Below, piece by piece: positions 1 to 10,175 of a stretch of DNA of 64,000 nt. This DNA is from Candidatus Obscuribacterales bacterium (GTDB taxonomy: Bacteria; Cyanobacteriota; Vampirovibrionia; Obscuribacterales; Obscuribacteraceae). The position numbers and the translations under genes were made by a program. The DNA is taken from positions 2,048,001 to 2,112,000 of the forward strand of contig CBDDIJ010000003.1 of the NCBI GenBank assembly GCA_965228855.1, read 5' to 3'. The notes beneath the pieces were generated by a model, which searched no databases, was not told the origin of the DNA, and worked only from the letters and a program-made list of their open reading frames with translations. Within the stretch, counting starts at the first letter, position 1; the number at the start of each line of letters is the position of its first letter.

Positions 1-589
1 TTGTGATCTGCTTGTCGCGCGTGACCGTGTAAGCGGCATGACAGGCGATTGGTCGGCTGTTTGCGAAGGCACGCTGCGCTACTCCATCGAAGCGCACAAA
101 AATCGCTTCTGCAACGCGTCGATGCCATAACTCCCACTGAACCTGCATCTGCTGGGAGCTGTCCGGGTCATTTGCCTGCCCCTGCTGCATAGGCGGCAAC
201 ATACCTTGATTGCCCATATTAGCTTGCTGACCGCCCTGCGATGGCTGTCCCTGTCCGTAACCACCCATATCGGATGCCTGCAATCCGAATGTCGGTGGGG
301 GCGCAGGCGGCGCCTGTTGAGTACTGCTGAACGCCGCGTCATCCGCGTCGAACTGGTCTGACGGCGGCGCGTCATTGGAGAAAGGATCGCCTGACTGCTT
401 TACGAAATCACGATTAAGACTGGGACCGCTAGATGGTTTTATATAGTTCCCCACATCAACGCCGCCATGCAAAGTCTTGCTTGCACCCTGGGCGTGCGCC
501 GCGGGCTGACTCACCACGAGCGGTGCCAGGAGCACCATTGTCGAACCGAGTTGTGAAAGTTTCCGGCGGTAATAGGTAAATCGAAACAT
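1..589 (-). CDS. Exported hypothetical protein, truncated at the window edge; possibly ends in a TonB C-terminal-like domain
   Basis: Not in the ORF track. My translation from ATG 589 is open to position 1: MFRFTYYRRKLSQLGSTMVLLAPLVVSQPAAHAQ (signal peptide, AHA cleavage), a Q/G/P-rich linker, then QWELWHRRVAEAIFVRF...ACHAAYTVTRDKQIT. Confidence 0.7.
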   Translation of the reverse strand, partial: MFRFTYYRRKLSQLGSTMVLLAPLVVSQPAAHAQGASKTLHGGVDVGNYIKPSSGPSLNRDFVKQSGDPFSNDAPPSDQFDADDAAFSSTQQAPPAPPPTFGLQASDMGGYGQGQPSQGGQQANMGNQGMLPPMQQGQANDPDSSQQMQVQWELWHRRVAEAIFVRFDGVAQRAFANSRPIACHAAYTVTRDKQIT

Positions 590-747
590 CACAATTATTC
601 TCTAGTAGTAAATTGGAAGCAGTTTGCAGCTATTATCGATTAACGAAGAGGGAAGGTCGAGCTTGCTTGTCAGGAGAACCCCTCTTATCTTAATGTACTC
701 AAATTTCACAAAAAGTCTATTCGCTCCTTCTCTAAATACCGCAAATC

Positions 748-1563
748 ATGAGCTCTAAATCAAAAGAAGTAACCTTACCGCGTTCTGCCGCCGGCATAAT
801 CGACAGCCACGCTCATGTGGTGCGTGAATTTTTCCAGGAGGAGCAGACCGAAGTGATCAAACGTGCGTTTGATAGCGGTTTAAATCACATGGTTAACCCG
901 GGCGTGACCATCAACGACCTCGAAGAGTTGCTGGAGATTAAATCGAAACACGAAAACATCTCCATTGCCGTCGGTCAGCATCCCCATGACGCCAAGGACT
1001 TCACCAGTGATATGAGAGACCGGTTGCAGGATGCGCTCGAAAAACACGATCTCGTAGCCGTGGGCGAATGCGGCTTGGATTATTACTACAACAACAGCGA
1101 GCGTGATGCACAGATCAATTGCTTCCGCGAACAAATTCGGCTTGCCAGAAAGTACGAAAAGCCTGTTATCGTCCATTGCCGAGATGCCTGGGATGAGGCT
1201 TTCCAGTGTCTCACCGAAGAAGGAAAAGGTGAGGTGCGGGGTGTTTTTCATTGTTTTACGGGCGGTCCTGAGCTCTTACCTGCGATTGAAAAACTCGGTT
1301 TTTACGTTTCATTCTCGGGTATCCTCACATTTGGCAGCGCCAAAAACATTCAAGAAGCAGCACCGCTAGTGGCGGCGGATCGGATACTTGTTGAAACAGA
1401 CTGTCCGTTTCTGGCACCACAGAAAGTCAGAGGTAAACGTAACGAGCCCTCCTACGTCTGGTTCGTCGCGGAGAAACTCGCAGAGTTACGCGGCACCACT
1501 CTGGACGATGTCGCACAGCAAGCATCGAACAACGCGCGCGCCTTGTTCAATCTACCTGGTTGA
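748..1563 (+). CDS. tatD: TatD family metal-dependent DNase/hydrolase
   Basis: IIDSHAH, AVGECGLDYYY, VIVHCRDA, GVFHCFTG, LVETDCPFL and RNEP motifs. Confidence 0.95.
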   Translation: MSSKSKEVTLPRSAAGIIDSHAHVVREFFQEEQTEVIKRAFDSGLNHMVNPGVTINDLEELLEIKSKHENISIAVGQHPHDAKDFTSDMRDRLQDALEKHDLVAVGECGLDYYYNNSERDAQINCFREQIRLARKYEKPVIVHCRDAWDEAFQCLTEEGKGEVRGVFHCFTGGPELLPAIEKLGFYVSFSGILTFGSAKNIQEAAPLVAADRILVETDCPFLAPQKVRGKRNEPSYVWFVAEKLAELRGTTLDDVAQQASNNARALFNLPG

Positions 1564-1568
1564 CTCAA

Positions 1569-3092
1569 TTATTTCTTGCCTTTCGGTTTTACTTTTCGAA
1601 TCAAAGCATTTGCTTCTTTCTTGCGCTTCGAAGTGCTGTCAATTAATTCGAGGAGTTCGACCGCTTCATCATTGTTGTTGGACTTCAGTTTGTTTTGAGC
1701 CAGCCGGAAATACGACTCGTTCAGCAATTCGCTGTTTTCTTTAGATAGCTGGCCCTTGCCTTTAAGCGTTTCAAAAACTTGAATGCTGCCCTCGAAATTA
1801 CCTCTGTCCATGAGCTTTTTGGCAGTACTGGCGTCTGCGACGCTAACTGACATTTTCAATAAAGAAAAGACGGAGATAATCAAAACGCCCGCGAATAAAC
1901 CAACTTGCAATTGACGGAAACGGCCTTTCCGTTTCTTCTTAGAACCGACACTTGCAATTTCAGCGGTAGTTTTTGTCCAATCAACGCCGCTGGCAAGATC
2001 CATTGGAATGATAGCGGGCTCCGGTTTTCGCCCGGGTTGCAAAACTTGAGCACTGGCATCAAACGGAATCCAATCGTCGACCGGCGTATCCTCTGCTTGC
2101 TTTGGCCGACGCCTTACAGTGCAGGCAGATTCGATATCGTTCCACAACTCTTCTGCCGTTTGTTGCCGATCTTTTGGATCTTTGGAAAGTGCCTTGACCA
2201 CAACCGCGCTGAGCGCTGGAGGGAAAGCGTAGTCGGGTAACACTGCCCCTATGGATGGTGCTTCTTTGTTTACATGCATCAGCATTAACGCCATGAGATC
2301 GTTAGCGGAAAAGGGGCGTTGACCGGTGAATGTCTCAAATATGACGACACCCAGAGAATAAATGTCAGACCTGTAGTCGATCTCACCGCCCTTGCACTGC
2401 TCGGGGCTCATGTAGGCTGGGCTTCCACAAACTTTTCCTTCCAACGTGAGAGATGCCGACGAACCGCCACTTTCGCTCCACATTTTGGCAACGCCGAAAT
2501 CTACAACTCGAACGCTGTTTCTCTTGATCAACTCCGGTGCATCTTTTGGCAAACGCGTATCGACAAGCTGGCAGACGATATTGTCCGGCTTCAAATCTCG
2601 ATGAATGACCCTGAATCTATGCGCTTCAGCCATACCAGCACATACTTGCTCGATGAGCGGCAAAGCTTCCTTCACAGTCAAATGACCGCGCTGCCGAAGT
2701 ATTTCGGTAAGTGTTATGCCATCGAGAAATTCGGTGACGATGTACGGTTGTCCATCCGGCATTACGCCGAAGTCGTAGAGTTTGACGATGTTTGTATGAT
2801 GCAAACTGCTGACCGCTTTTGCTTCACGAAAAAAACGTTTAACCGACTCCTCTTTGGAGCCGAGAAACTGGTGCAGCATTTTGACAGCCATCTCCCGGCC
2901 GGTCGATTCTTGAATCGCGCGGTAAACCACAGCCATAGAGCCTTTTCCTGCGTGTGACAAGATTCGATATTTGTCACCGACTAATTGACCTATGAGCGGA
3001 TCATCGCCTACGACGATAAGCTGCGTGCCATCGTTAGGACAACTATCGTGGTCCTCGGTAAAGTGAATATTGCACTCTACGCATAGCTTCAT
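1569..3092 (-). CDS. Hanks-type Ser/Thr protein kinase with N-terminal Zn-ribbon, one TM helix and a short TPR-like C-terminal domain
   Basis: CVEC...CPND, GKGSMA, AVK, HRDLKPDN, DFG, YMSPEQ, SDIYSLG. A hydrophobic helix follows KKKRKGRFR. Confidence 0.93.
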   Translation of the reverse strand: MKLCVECNIHFTEDHDSCPNDGTQLIVVGDDPLIGQLVGDKYRILSHAGKGSMAVVYRAIQESTGREMAVKMLHQFLGSKEESVKRFFREAKAVSSLHHTNIVKLYDFGVMPDGQPYIVTEFLDGITLTEILRQRGHLTVKEALPLIEQVCAGMAEAHRFRVIHRDLKPDNIVCQLVDTRLPKDAPELIKRNSVRVVDFGVAKMWSESGGSSASLTLEGKVCGSPAYMSPEQCKGGEIDYRSDIYSLGVVIFETFTGQRPFSANDLMALMLMHVNKEAPSIGAVLPDYAFPPALSAVVVKALSKDPKDRQQTAEELWNDIESACTVRRRPKQAEDTPVDDWIPFDASAQVLQPGRKPEPAIIPMDLASGVDWTKTTAEIASVGSKKKRKGRFRQLQVGLFAGVLIISVFSLLKMSVSVADASTAKKLMDRGNFEGSIQVFETLKGKGQLSKENSELLNESYFRLAQNKLKSNNNDEAVELLELIDSTSKRKKEANALIRKVKPKGKK

Positions 3093-3119
3093 GTGGGCTG
3101 TCAGGCTTCTCCGTGAGAT

Positions 3120-6100
3120 TTATCGGCGTCTACGCTTGGATGTCGACGATTTTTTCCCGCCCTTTTGATACTGCTTGATCAACTTCTGCGCTTCCGCGTA
3201 GTGCGAAGACTCAGGTGGTATCAATTTGAGCTTTTCTAGAGCCTCGTTTGTCGCGCCATTGTTCTTCATATATTTTGCGATGCCGAGGTAGATCACGTCT
3301 AGCTTTTCAGACAATTCCGCCGGTAAACCATTTGCATCCTCTTCCGCTTCGAGCAATTTGCTCGCATCGTTGAGCTTGCCTTTGGCCATCAAATCATTAA
3401 CTTGGGAAAGAAGTTTTTCGCTGCTATCTTCAGCCTTCTGGCTGGTAGCCATGCCGGACATCATGCCATTCACCATGGACATCAAAGTGTCTTTGAACAT
3501 GAAACCGGCGCCGGCAAGAGCTATAACCGCAACGACCGCCAGAATCGGACCGACGGGCACTCGCGGCCCTGAACGGCGCGAACGCGAAGTTTTCTTACGG
3601 CGCTGCTCGGCTTCAGCCATCGAGGCCAGTCTATTTGAGTTGACCTTCTCCAATTCGCTGGCCGAGAAATCAGAACCACTCTGAGTCGGTTTTGCCGCCA
3701 TCGGCTGTGACGGCGGTGGTTGATAGTCGGCGCCGTATTGATGGCGCATTGCCGCCTCTTCCATGATGCGATTGACCACGTCCCGACGGTTGACTGAATC
3801 TCCTATGACCGACGGGTCCGGCGCCGGCGCGGGCGGCAACTCCACATTCTGCCGACCGGTCGTTTGAGCTTCCAATTTGCGATTCAGCTCAGCGATACGT
3901 GCATTGACAGCGTCCTGGCTGTAGCTGCTGTTAGTGCCGGTGCCGCCTGTCCGTCCCGCTCCGGCTCCGAAAGCTGCACCACCGCCGGTGCCGGAACCAA
4001 AGCCACTGCCACCACCACCGAAACCACCAAATGGTTGAGGTTCTTCGATTGCGTCAGCAGATTTCTGAGTCGCTAACTTTCTTGAAATCTTTGCCTGGGG
4101 CTTATTAACCCTGGCAGCCATTTTGTCGATTTCGCTCATCGAGCCGGATTCATTCGGCTTACTGGGAGCCTTACTGGCAGCTTCCAGCAGACGAGACAAT
4201 GCGTCGGATGTGGAAGTGGAAGGATTCTGGGGCATTGCACCGGATACGACGCTACCAGAGAGGTCAGATCCGAAGGATGAGGGAGAGTCGTCCTCGTCAT
4301 CTTCGCTCAATGCAGCAGCAAGTCTGGCCGCTGCCCCCATTTTCTCCTCTTTATCCTTTTCGCTCGAAGCAGGCTCGTCATCGGCGGTTGCCGGTTTCAC
4401 ACCCGGAGTACCGAGCAGATCGTCATCCGCTTCAAAAGGATTCTTCATCTCCGCAGGCTTTTTGATAATGCCTTTATCCGGAGGTTCCGGCAGCAAGTCT
4501 TCAAGCGCCTGTTGAATAGCCTCTTTCGGAAGGGTGTTCTCTCGCCCCTCTTCCTCTTCGGACGGCTCCGGCTCTGCTATTTCCAGTTCTTCATCGTCAT
4601 CTTTGACGGCAGCTAATAACTGTCCGAATGCGGAACTGCTCTTGTCTTTCTTTTCAGTCAACGAGCTAACCGACGCTGAAGAAGCTACCGCATCTGCAAA
4701 AGCGTTGGCGGTTCCCGCATCTTCTTCAGGTTCGGGCTCATCCTCGTCTTCCGCTGCGATTGCGCCCAACAGTCCAGCCAGACCTGTCGGCTTGACGGGT
4801 GCGTCCTCGTCGTCATCACGTCTTTTCGGCTTATCGTCCGCTTTGACCGAGTCAGATTTCCCAGAGAAATCAGTTTTTCCGGAGAAGTCAGACTTTTCTG
4901 ACTCAGTTATCTCGGAAGCTTCTTTGTTTGCCTTTCCTGAGAAATCAGTCTCCAATGCAGATCCGGATTTAGAGAAATCCGGTCGGTCCGCCTTTTCAGC
5001 TTCGAATCCACCGGAGCGCTCTTTCTCTGTTGCATCCATGAGCGCAAGGAGTGAGTCCCCAAGTTCTTCAGCCTCAGCTGCACTCTTGGCGGCGAGCGCA
5101 TTCTCCAGAGCGACCGCGTCGTAATCGTCCTTATCTTTGCTGAAGTCCAATCCGTTCGTGACGATCTCGTCGCCGCCGAGAAGAGCACCGAGACCGGTCC
5201 GACTTGATGTCGGTTCCTTTTTCGTTTCTTTTTCAGCTGTTTTTAGTTCCGGTTTTTTCTCTTCTACCGGCTCAGAAAATACTTGCGGTTCCTCGTCCAG
5301 AAAATCTTCGTACAACTGATCCTGAATCGAAGGAATAGTTGTGGAACTGTCACCAAACTCCGCCCTCAAATCGTCGGCGATCGCACGTCCGAGTGCGCCA
5401 TCATTTCCGGGAGGACTGGGGTTCATAAACGGTGGCATCTGGCCTGGTCCAGGCGGCATGCCCGGAGGCACCATGCCTGGTGGCATTCCTTGTGGTGGCA
5501 TCCCTGGTGGCATTTGCATTCCGGGGGGCATACCCTGTGGTGGCATCATCGGCATACCAGGTGCAGGCATACCATATTGATATGGCTGTCCTGGCGGCAT
5601 TCCGTAACCAGGCATCTGGTAGGAGCCGGAAACATCGCCGCCCGGTGGTGGATAATTCGGCATCAGCGGATAAGCACCGGACACTTCTTGATTCGGAGGC
5701 ATCGGATAACCCGGCGGTGGATAGCCCGGAGGCTGCATATAAGGATGCATCATGCCAGGTGGGTATGACATCGACTGGTCATATGGCGGCATCATCGGCT
5801 GTCCTGGCATTGAGGGCAATGCACCGGGCGGCCAGCTTTGATTCATACCAGGATATCCGGGCTGCGCCGGAGGCACTCCCTGCGGTGTCACTCCGACCGG
5901 CCAGGCACCACCGCCTGCAGCCGGGTGAAGAGGCTCACCGGAGTCAAGATTGATCGGAGCAACGCTTCCGGTTTTTAACGCTTCGATCTCACCTTCCCAA
6001 TCCAGATTGGAGATCTTGCGCTCCGGAATGTCACCAAGATTGCCGTCGAGAGAATCGCTGCTGTCGGCCCAGGTCGCACCCGCGCGCGCCAGAGCCGGTG

Positions 6101-8429
6101 TAATCTCATCAGGATAATCGACTGGCGAGCTGGAATTACGTTCTGGTCCTGCAAGCAAATCCCGCCTGGGAGCCGGTTCAGTTTTTCCGGATGCAGGAGT
6201 CTTAGCAGAAGCGGCAGCTGGTGCCGCGCCGGTCTTTGCAGCAGTGGCCGGTTGAGTACCAGGTTTGGCACCAGGACTGGTACCAGTTGTTGGAGTAGGC
6301 TTTGTTCCTGTAGGTCCTGTATTCTTTGAGCCTGATGGTGCAACGCCCGGCTTTGAGGCAGAAGAACTCGGTGCACCTGGCTTTGCTCCGCCAGGAGCTG
6401 TGCCGGCAGGCTTTGCGCCACTCGGTCCGGTTTTCGCTCCAGCAGGTGCTCCTTTTGCACCGGTCGCACTGGTCGGCGCACCGCTAGCAGGTTTGGCACC
6501 AGTCGGTCCACCGGGTCTCTGGGGGGCAGTTCCAGGCTTAGCGCCCTGAGGACCAGCCGGCGACTTCTCAGGCGCCTGGGCGATTTTTTCCTCCTTGGGA
6601 GGAACGTAACTATAAACCGAGGGCGGTCTGGCTTCCGCAGGCTTCGGCTCCAGCGCAGCCGACGCGGCTGACGCTTCAGGCTTAGACTCGAAATCAGTCG
6701 GTATCGGCATCGCAGTCGTCGGTCGCTTTACCAGCGCCGACAAGCGATTCATAGTTTTATCCGGTAAAGCTTCGGATTCCTGGTTGTTAGCCTGAGCAGC
6801 AGGCTTGCTGGTCTCTTTGGCAGGCGCAGGAGGTTTTTGCGGCATCCCCGGCTTCGCAGCCGGAAGCGGAGGCGCAGCACTCTTAACCCCGGCCGGGCCA
6901 GAGCCTGGCGGGCCGGGTGGCTTCGCGCCGGGCACGGGTGGCGGACCGCCCGCTGGTCTTGGGCCACCTGGTCCAGGTGGTGCGGAAGGACGGGCTGGTG
7001 CGTTCCCAGCGGAATTTTGGGACTGGTTGGGTCTGGCAGGCTCACCCGGCTTGGCAGCTGGAGCGGTCTTCGGTCCCCCGGGACCGACGCGGGCAGGCTG
7101 CAACGGTTTCACCGCAGGTGTGGACGTGCTGCTCTGAGCAGGCAAAGTGTTATTCGATATACTGGGAGAAGGCGGAGCAGAGGCTGGTTTCGCTTGTTGT
7201 TTGTTGACCAACCCGGACATCCCGGTAGCTGGGCGCGTTCCTGCTGGAGGGAGACCACCGCCGGGTTTTGGCGCGGATGGTGCTGAGCCGGGAGCGGGCG
7301 CGGATTTCGGCGGAGGCGGCGGCGGCATGAACAATTCCGGCATATCTTCCGGGCCGGCTTCGAATTGGGGACGCTTGGGCTTGTCCTCATCGATCAATCG
7401 CTCGCTGGGCAAGATTTCAAGGTCGGAAACATTCTGCTGCTCACGCGGCATCAATTTCGCTCTATCACTCTTTCCGAACTCGAGACCGGCGCAGGCCGCT
7501 TCGAGCTCTTTCCAGAACTCCCGCACGGAAGATTGGCGCTCGTCCGGCAACTTGCTGAGTGCTTTGGCGACGACGGCCTCGACTCGCTCGGGGAAGGTCA
7601 GGTCTTTTCGTACAGCGCCCATCTTGGGAGCAGGCTCCGTGACCGTCATGTACATCAATTTCATCAAGTCGTGGGCGAGAAAAGGTCTGCGCCCGGTGAA
7701 CATTTCAAAGACGATAACGGCCATCGAATAAAGATCGCTTCGATAGTCAAGTTCGAAGCCCTGACATTGCTCGGGGCTCATGTATGCGGGACTGCCAGCC
7801 ACGGTTTTAGGTTTGTTGAACTTGGCTCTCTGAGCGCTCTCGTGCGGTGTATCTGCGATACCGAAATCCAGCACTTTGACATAATCGCCGCGAATCTCGC
7901 TCTCCTCGAGAACTACGTTTTCCGGCTTCATGTCTCTGTGAATCAGCCCCTGCTCGTGCGCGTGCCCCAGAGCTTCTGTTACCTGCCGCATCACGTTCAA
8001 TACTCGCTTCGGTGGCAACGCCCCTTTTTGAGTGATGAGCTGACTGAGCGTGATTCCCTCCAGATAGTCCATGACGAGATATGGCTGACCATCGTCGGTG
8101 GTGCCTGAATCCCAGACTGTAATAATGTGGGGATGGCGCAGACGCTCAGCGGCTTTCAACTCGCGCAACAAGCGGTCGAGTGAAGCTGAATCTGCACCGA
8201 GATAGCTGTGAATCACCTTTACGGCAACTTCGCCGCCCATCATCAGGCGTGAGGCTTTATAAACAATCCCGCTGGAGCCCTTACCGATTACCGAATCGAT
8301 TACGTAGCGATCGTCAATTAGCGCACCAATCAACGGATCCTTTCCGACCGGCTCTAGAATCACCTGGTCTTTAGGACACACTTCTTCTGTGTCATTGAAA
8401 TACTGATTGCATCTAAGGCAAAGTTTCAT
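3120..8429 (-). CDS. Giant Hanks-type Ser/Thr kinase: Zn-ribbon, kinase, about 1300-aa low-complexity linker, TM helix, TPR-like C-terminus
   Basis: CLRC...CPKD, GKGSSG, AVK, HRDMKPEN, DFG, YMSPEQ; TM ILAVVAVIALAGAGFMF. Uninterrupted 1769-aa ORF. Confidence 0.92.
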   Translation of the reverse strand: MKLCLRCNQYFNDTEEVCPKDQVILEPVGKDPLIGALIDDRYVIDSVIGKGSSGIVYKASRLMMGGEVAVKVIHSYLGADSASLDRLLRELKAAERLRHPHIITVWDSGTTDDGQPYLVMDYLEGITLSQLITQKGALPPKRVLNVMRQVTEALGHAHEQGLIHRDMKPENVVLEESEIRGDYVKVLDFGIADTPHESAQRAKFNKPKTVAGSPAYMSPEQCQGFELDYRSDLYSMAVIVFEMFTGRRPFLAHDLMKLMYMTVTEPAPKMGAVRKDLTFPERVEAVVAKALSKLPDERQSSVREFWKELEAACAGLEFGKSDRAKLMPREQQNVSDLEILPSERLIDEDKPKRPQFEAGPEDMPELFMPPPPPPKSAPAPGSAPSAPKPGGGLPPAGTRPATGMSGLVNKQQAKPASAPPSPSISNNTLPAQSSTSTPAVKPLQPARVGPGGPKTAPAAKPGEPARPNQSQNSAGNAPARPSAPPGPGGPRPAGGPPPVPGAKPPGPPGSGPAGVKSAAPPLPAAKPGMPQKPPAPAKETSKPAAQANNQESEALPDKTMNRLSALVKRPTTAMPIPTDFESKPEASAASAALEPKPAEARPPSVYSYVPPKEEKIAQAPEKSPAGPQGAKPGTAPQRPGGPTGAKPASGAPTSATGAKGAPAGAKTGPSGAKPAGTAPGGAKPGAPSSSASKPGVAPSGSKNTGPTGTKPTPTTGTSPGAKPGTQPATAAKTGAAPAAASAKTPASGKTEPAPRRDLLAGPERNSSSPVDYPDEITPALARAGATWADSSDSLDGNLGDIPERKISNLDWEGEIEALKTGSVAPINLDSGEPLHPAAGGGAWPVGVTPQGVPPAQPGYPGMNQSWPPGALPSMPGQPMMPPYDQSMSYPPGMMHPYMQPPGYPPPGYPMPPNQEVSGAYPLMPNYPPPGGDVSGSYQMPGYGMPPGQPYQYGMPAPGMPMMPPQGMPPGMQMPPGMPPQGMPPGMVPPGMPPGPGQMPPFMNPSPPGNDGALGRAIADDLRAEFGDSSTTIPSIQDQLYEDFLDEEPQVFSEPVEEKKPELKTAEKETKKEPTSSRTGLGALLGGDEIVTNGLDFSKDKDDYDAVALENALAAKSAAEAEELGDSLLALMDATEKERSGGFEAEKADRPDFSKSGSALETDFSGKANKEASEITESEKSDFSGKTDFSGKSDSVKADDKPKRRDDDEDAPVKPTGLAGLLGAIAAEDEDEPEPEEDAGTANAFADAVASSASVSSLTEKKDKSSSAFGQLLAAVKDDDEELEIAEPEPSEEEEGRENTLPKEAIQQALEDLLPEPPDKGIIKKPAEMKNPFEADDDLLGTPGVKPATADDEPASSEKDKEEKMGAAARLAAALSEDDEDDSPSSFGSDLSGSVVSGAMPQNPSTSTSDALSRLLEAASKAPSKPNESGSMSEIDKMAARVNKPQAKISRKLATQKSADAIEEPQPFGGFGGGGSGFGSGTGGGAAFGAGAGRTGGTGTNSSYSQDAVNARIAELNRKLEAQTTGRQNVELPPAPAPDPSVIGDSVNRRDVVNRIMEEAAMRHQYGADYQPPPSQPMAAKPTQSGSDFSASELEKVNSNRLASMAEAEQRRKKTSRSRRSGPRVPVGPILAVVAVIALAGAGFMFKDTLMSMVNGMMSGMATSQKAEDSSEKLLSQVNDLMAKGKLNDASKLLEAEEDANGLPAELSEKLDVIYLGIAKYMKNNGATNEALEKLKLIPPESSHYAEAQKLIKQYQKGGKKSSTSKRRRR

Positions 8430-8810
8430 CGTTGCTTAGGTCGCCCTTTCCTCTCCCTGTGCGGAATTAAAAAAATCCGTGCGGCTTTTTGCCAATCTCC
8501 CAGCTTCCTTGAATTAAGTACCCGCTCTATCCTCGAATATCGTCCTCAAAAGCCTTTATCGGACTGTCTCCACAGCACGATTGCCCGCAAGGGCTGACCA
8601 ACAGAGACTTTCAAGAGCGAGCCGGCAGATTAAGTTTTCGCCCGACCTCTTTACATAACGTTCTCACGCTAGTGATAAACGAGGCGAAGACCGATCTTTC
8701 AGGTCACTTCTATTGTATTCCCTGAAAAATACAAACAATACAGTATTAGAGTAGAACTGATTACAAATATGCGATTCTTCGAAGATTTTATGCAGCCGAT
8801 AATATTCTTG

Positions 8811-9977
8811 CTAGGGCATTGCGCTGCTATTCACAATCGTCGCGCTGGATGACCGCACGTACCAATCACCAGGATGGCGAGCGACTATGCCAGCCAGCTC
8901 CAACATTGTCAACGTGGCAGAAAGCTCACCAGGAGCCATTCCCGACTTGTAACACAGATGGTCGAAGTGAACAGGCTCACGAGAAATCAATTCGAAGATT
9001 TCGTTTTCTTTGCCGAACAACTGCACAATAGTGGGAACTTCATCCTCTCCATTCAAGGCAGATTGCCAGTTGAGTTCCGCCATGATGTCGCCGACATTCC
9101 TTACCAAGCTAGCTTTTGAGCGCCTTATCAATTCGTTGGTACCTGCCGACATCGGATTATCGACACGACCCGGGACGGCAAATGGAATATGCCCTTGAGA
9201 AAAAGCGATCTCGGCGGTGATAAGAGCACCGGACTCCAGACCCGCCTCGATTACGCAAACGCCTCGTGACAAACCGCTTATGATGCGGTTTCTCGCAGGA
9301 AAGCGCCAGGGTTCCGCTTTGGTTCCCGGAAAAAATTCTGAGACTATCGCCCCGTGATTACCATAGACGATTTTGTCGTACAAAGGTCTATTAGAAGTTG
9401 GATAACAAATGTCCGGTCCACAAGCCAGAACGCCGATTGTTCTACCGCCACCTTCCAGCGCTCCCCAGTGGGATAGGGAGTCGATTCCAATTGCCATACC
9501 GCTGACAACTGTGACACCGTGTCGAGCCAGTCCATTAGCCATTTCCTTGGCAATACAACGACCGTAGCTGGACGGCTTCCGAGTCCCCACAAGCGCTATC
9601 GAATAGTTGAAGAAATCCGGATGCAAATTTCCCTTGACATAGAGGATGAGCGGAGGGTCGTCGATACCGCGCAGCATTTGAGGATATAGAGGATGCGCAA
9701 AGGGATAAGGATCGACCTTCGCCTTTTTGCAGACGGACAGAAGACTTTCCGGATCGATCTTATCCCGGGCCTCCACAAACGCCTTCGCTACATCATCTCT
9801 GATCATGTTTGAAGTTGCGATCTCGCCGGTCTTCGCCTTCCATGCATTCTTGAGACCACCGAAATACTCGAACATCTTCATCGCCCGGGCGCGCCCTAAG
9901 CCGATTCCCGTCATTTGATCGAATGCCAGCCAGCATGCGACCTCTTCGTCATCCCATTTGATTTCATCGTCAAACAA
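8811..9977 (-). CDS. dprA: DNA-processing protein DprA/Smf
   Basis: IALVGTR, VVSGMAIGID, FPARNRIISGLS, IEAGLESGALITA, FAVPG, GTNELI, and a C-terminal winged helix (LTMLELAG). Confidence 0.96.
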   Translation of the reverse strand: MFDDEIKWDDEEVACWLAFDQMTGIGLGRARAMKMFEYFGGLKNAWKAKTGEIATSNMIRDDVAKAFVEARDKIDPESLLSVCKKAKVDPYPFAHPLYPQMLRGIDDPPLILYVKGNLHPDFFNYSIALVGTRKPSSYGRCIAKEMANGLARHGVTVVSGMAIGIDSLSHWGALEGGGRTIGVLACGPDICYPTSNRPLYDKIVYGNHGAIVSEFFPGTKAEPWRFPARNRIISGLSRGVCVIEAGLESGALITAEIAFSQGHIPFAVPGRVDNPMSAGTNELIRRSKASLVRNVGDIMAELNWQSALNGEDEVPTIVQLFGKENEIFELISREPVHFDHLCYKSGMAPGELSATLTMLELAGIVARHPGDWYVRSSSATIVNSSAMP

Positions 9978-10175
9978 AGTAATGCTTCTCCAAAAGGCGA
10001 AAGATGTTTATCATCAACAATATAGAGACACTTATTGAACTTTCCAACCCCAGCCGCTATTACTTCAAAATGCACAAACAGACAAGCGGTTTGAAGTTTG
10101 AGATGCTAGCATTAAACTGGGTCGAAAGCGGGGTTTCCAAACTTGGTGCAAGTTCACCTATTTGCTAAATCAGAG

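Noticed and set aside
79..375. 98-aa Arg-rich ORF from the track
   Set aside because: It is an alternative frame of the signal-peptide-bearing ORF that runs from 589 off the window edge.
3358..8374. Many alternative-frame and antisense ORFs over the giant kinase, and likewise over the other long genes
   Set aside because: These are shadow ORFs of low-complexity or codon-biased coding sequence, with no motifs.
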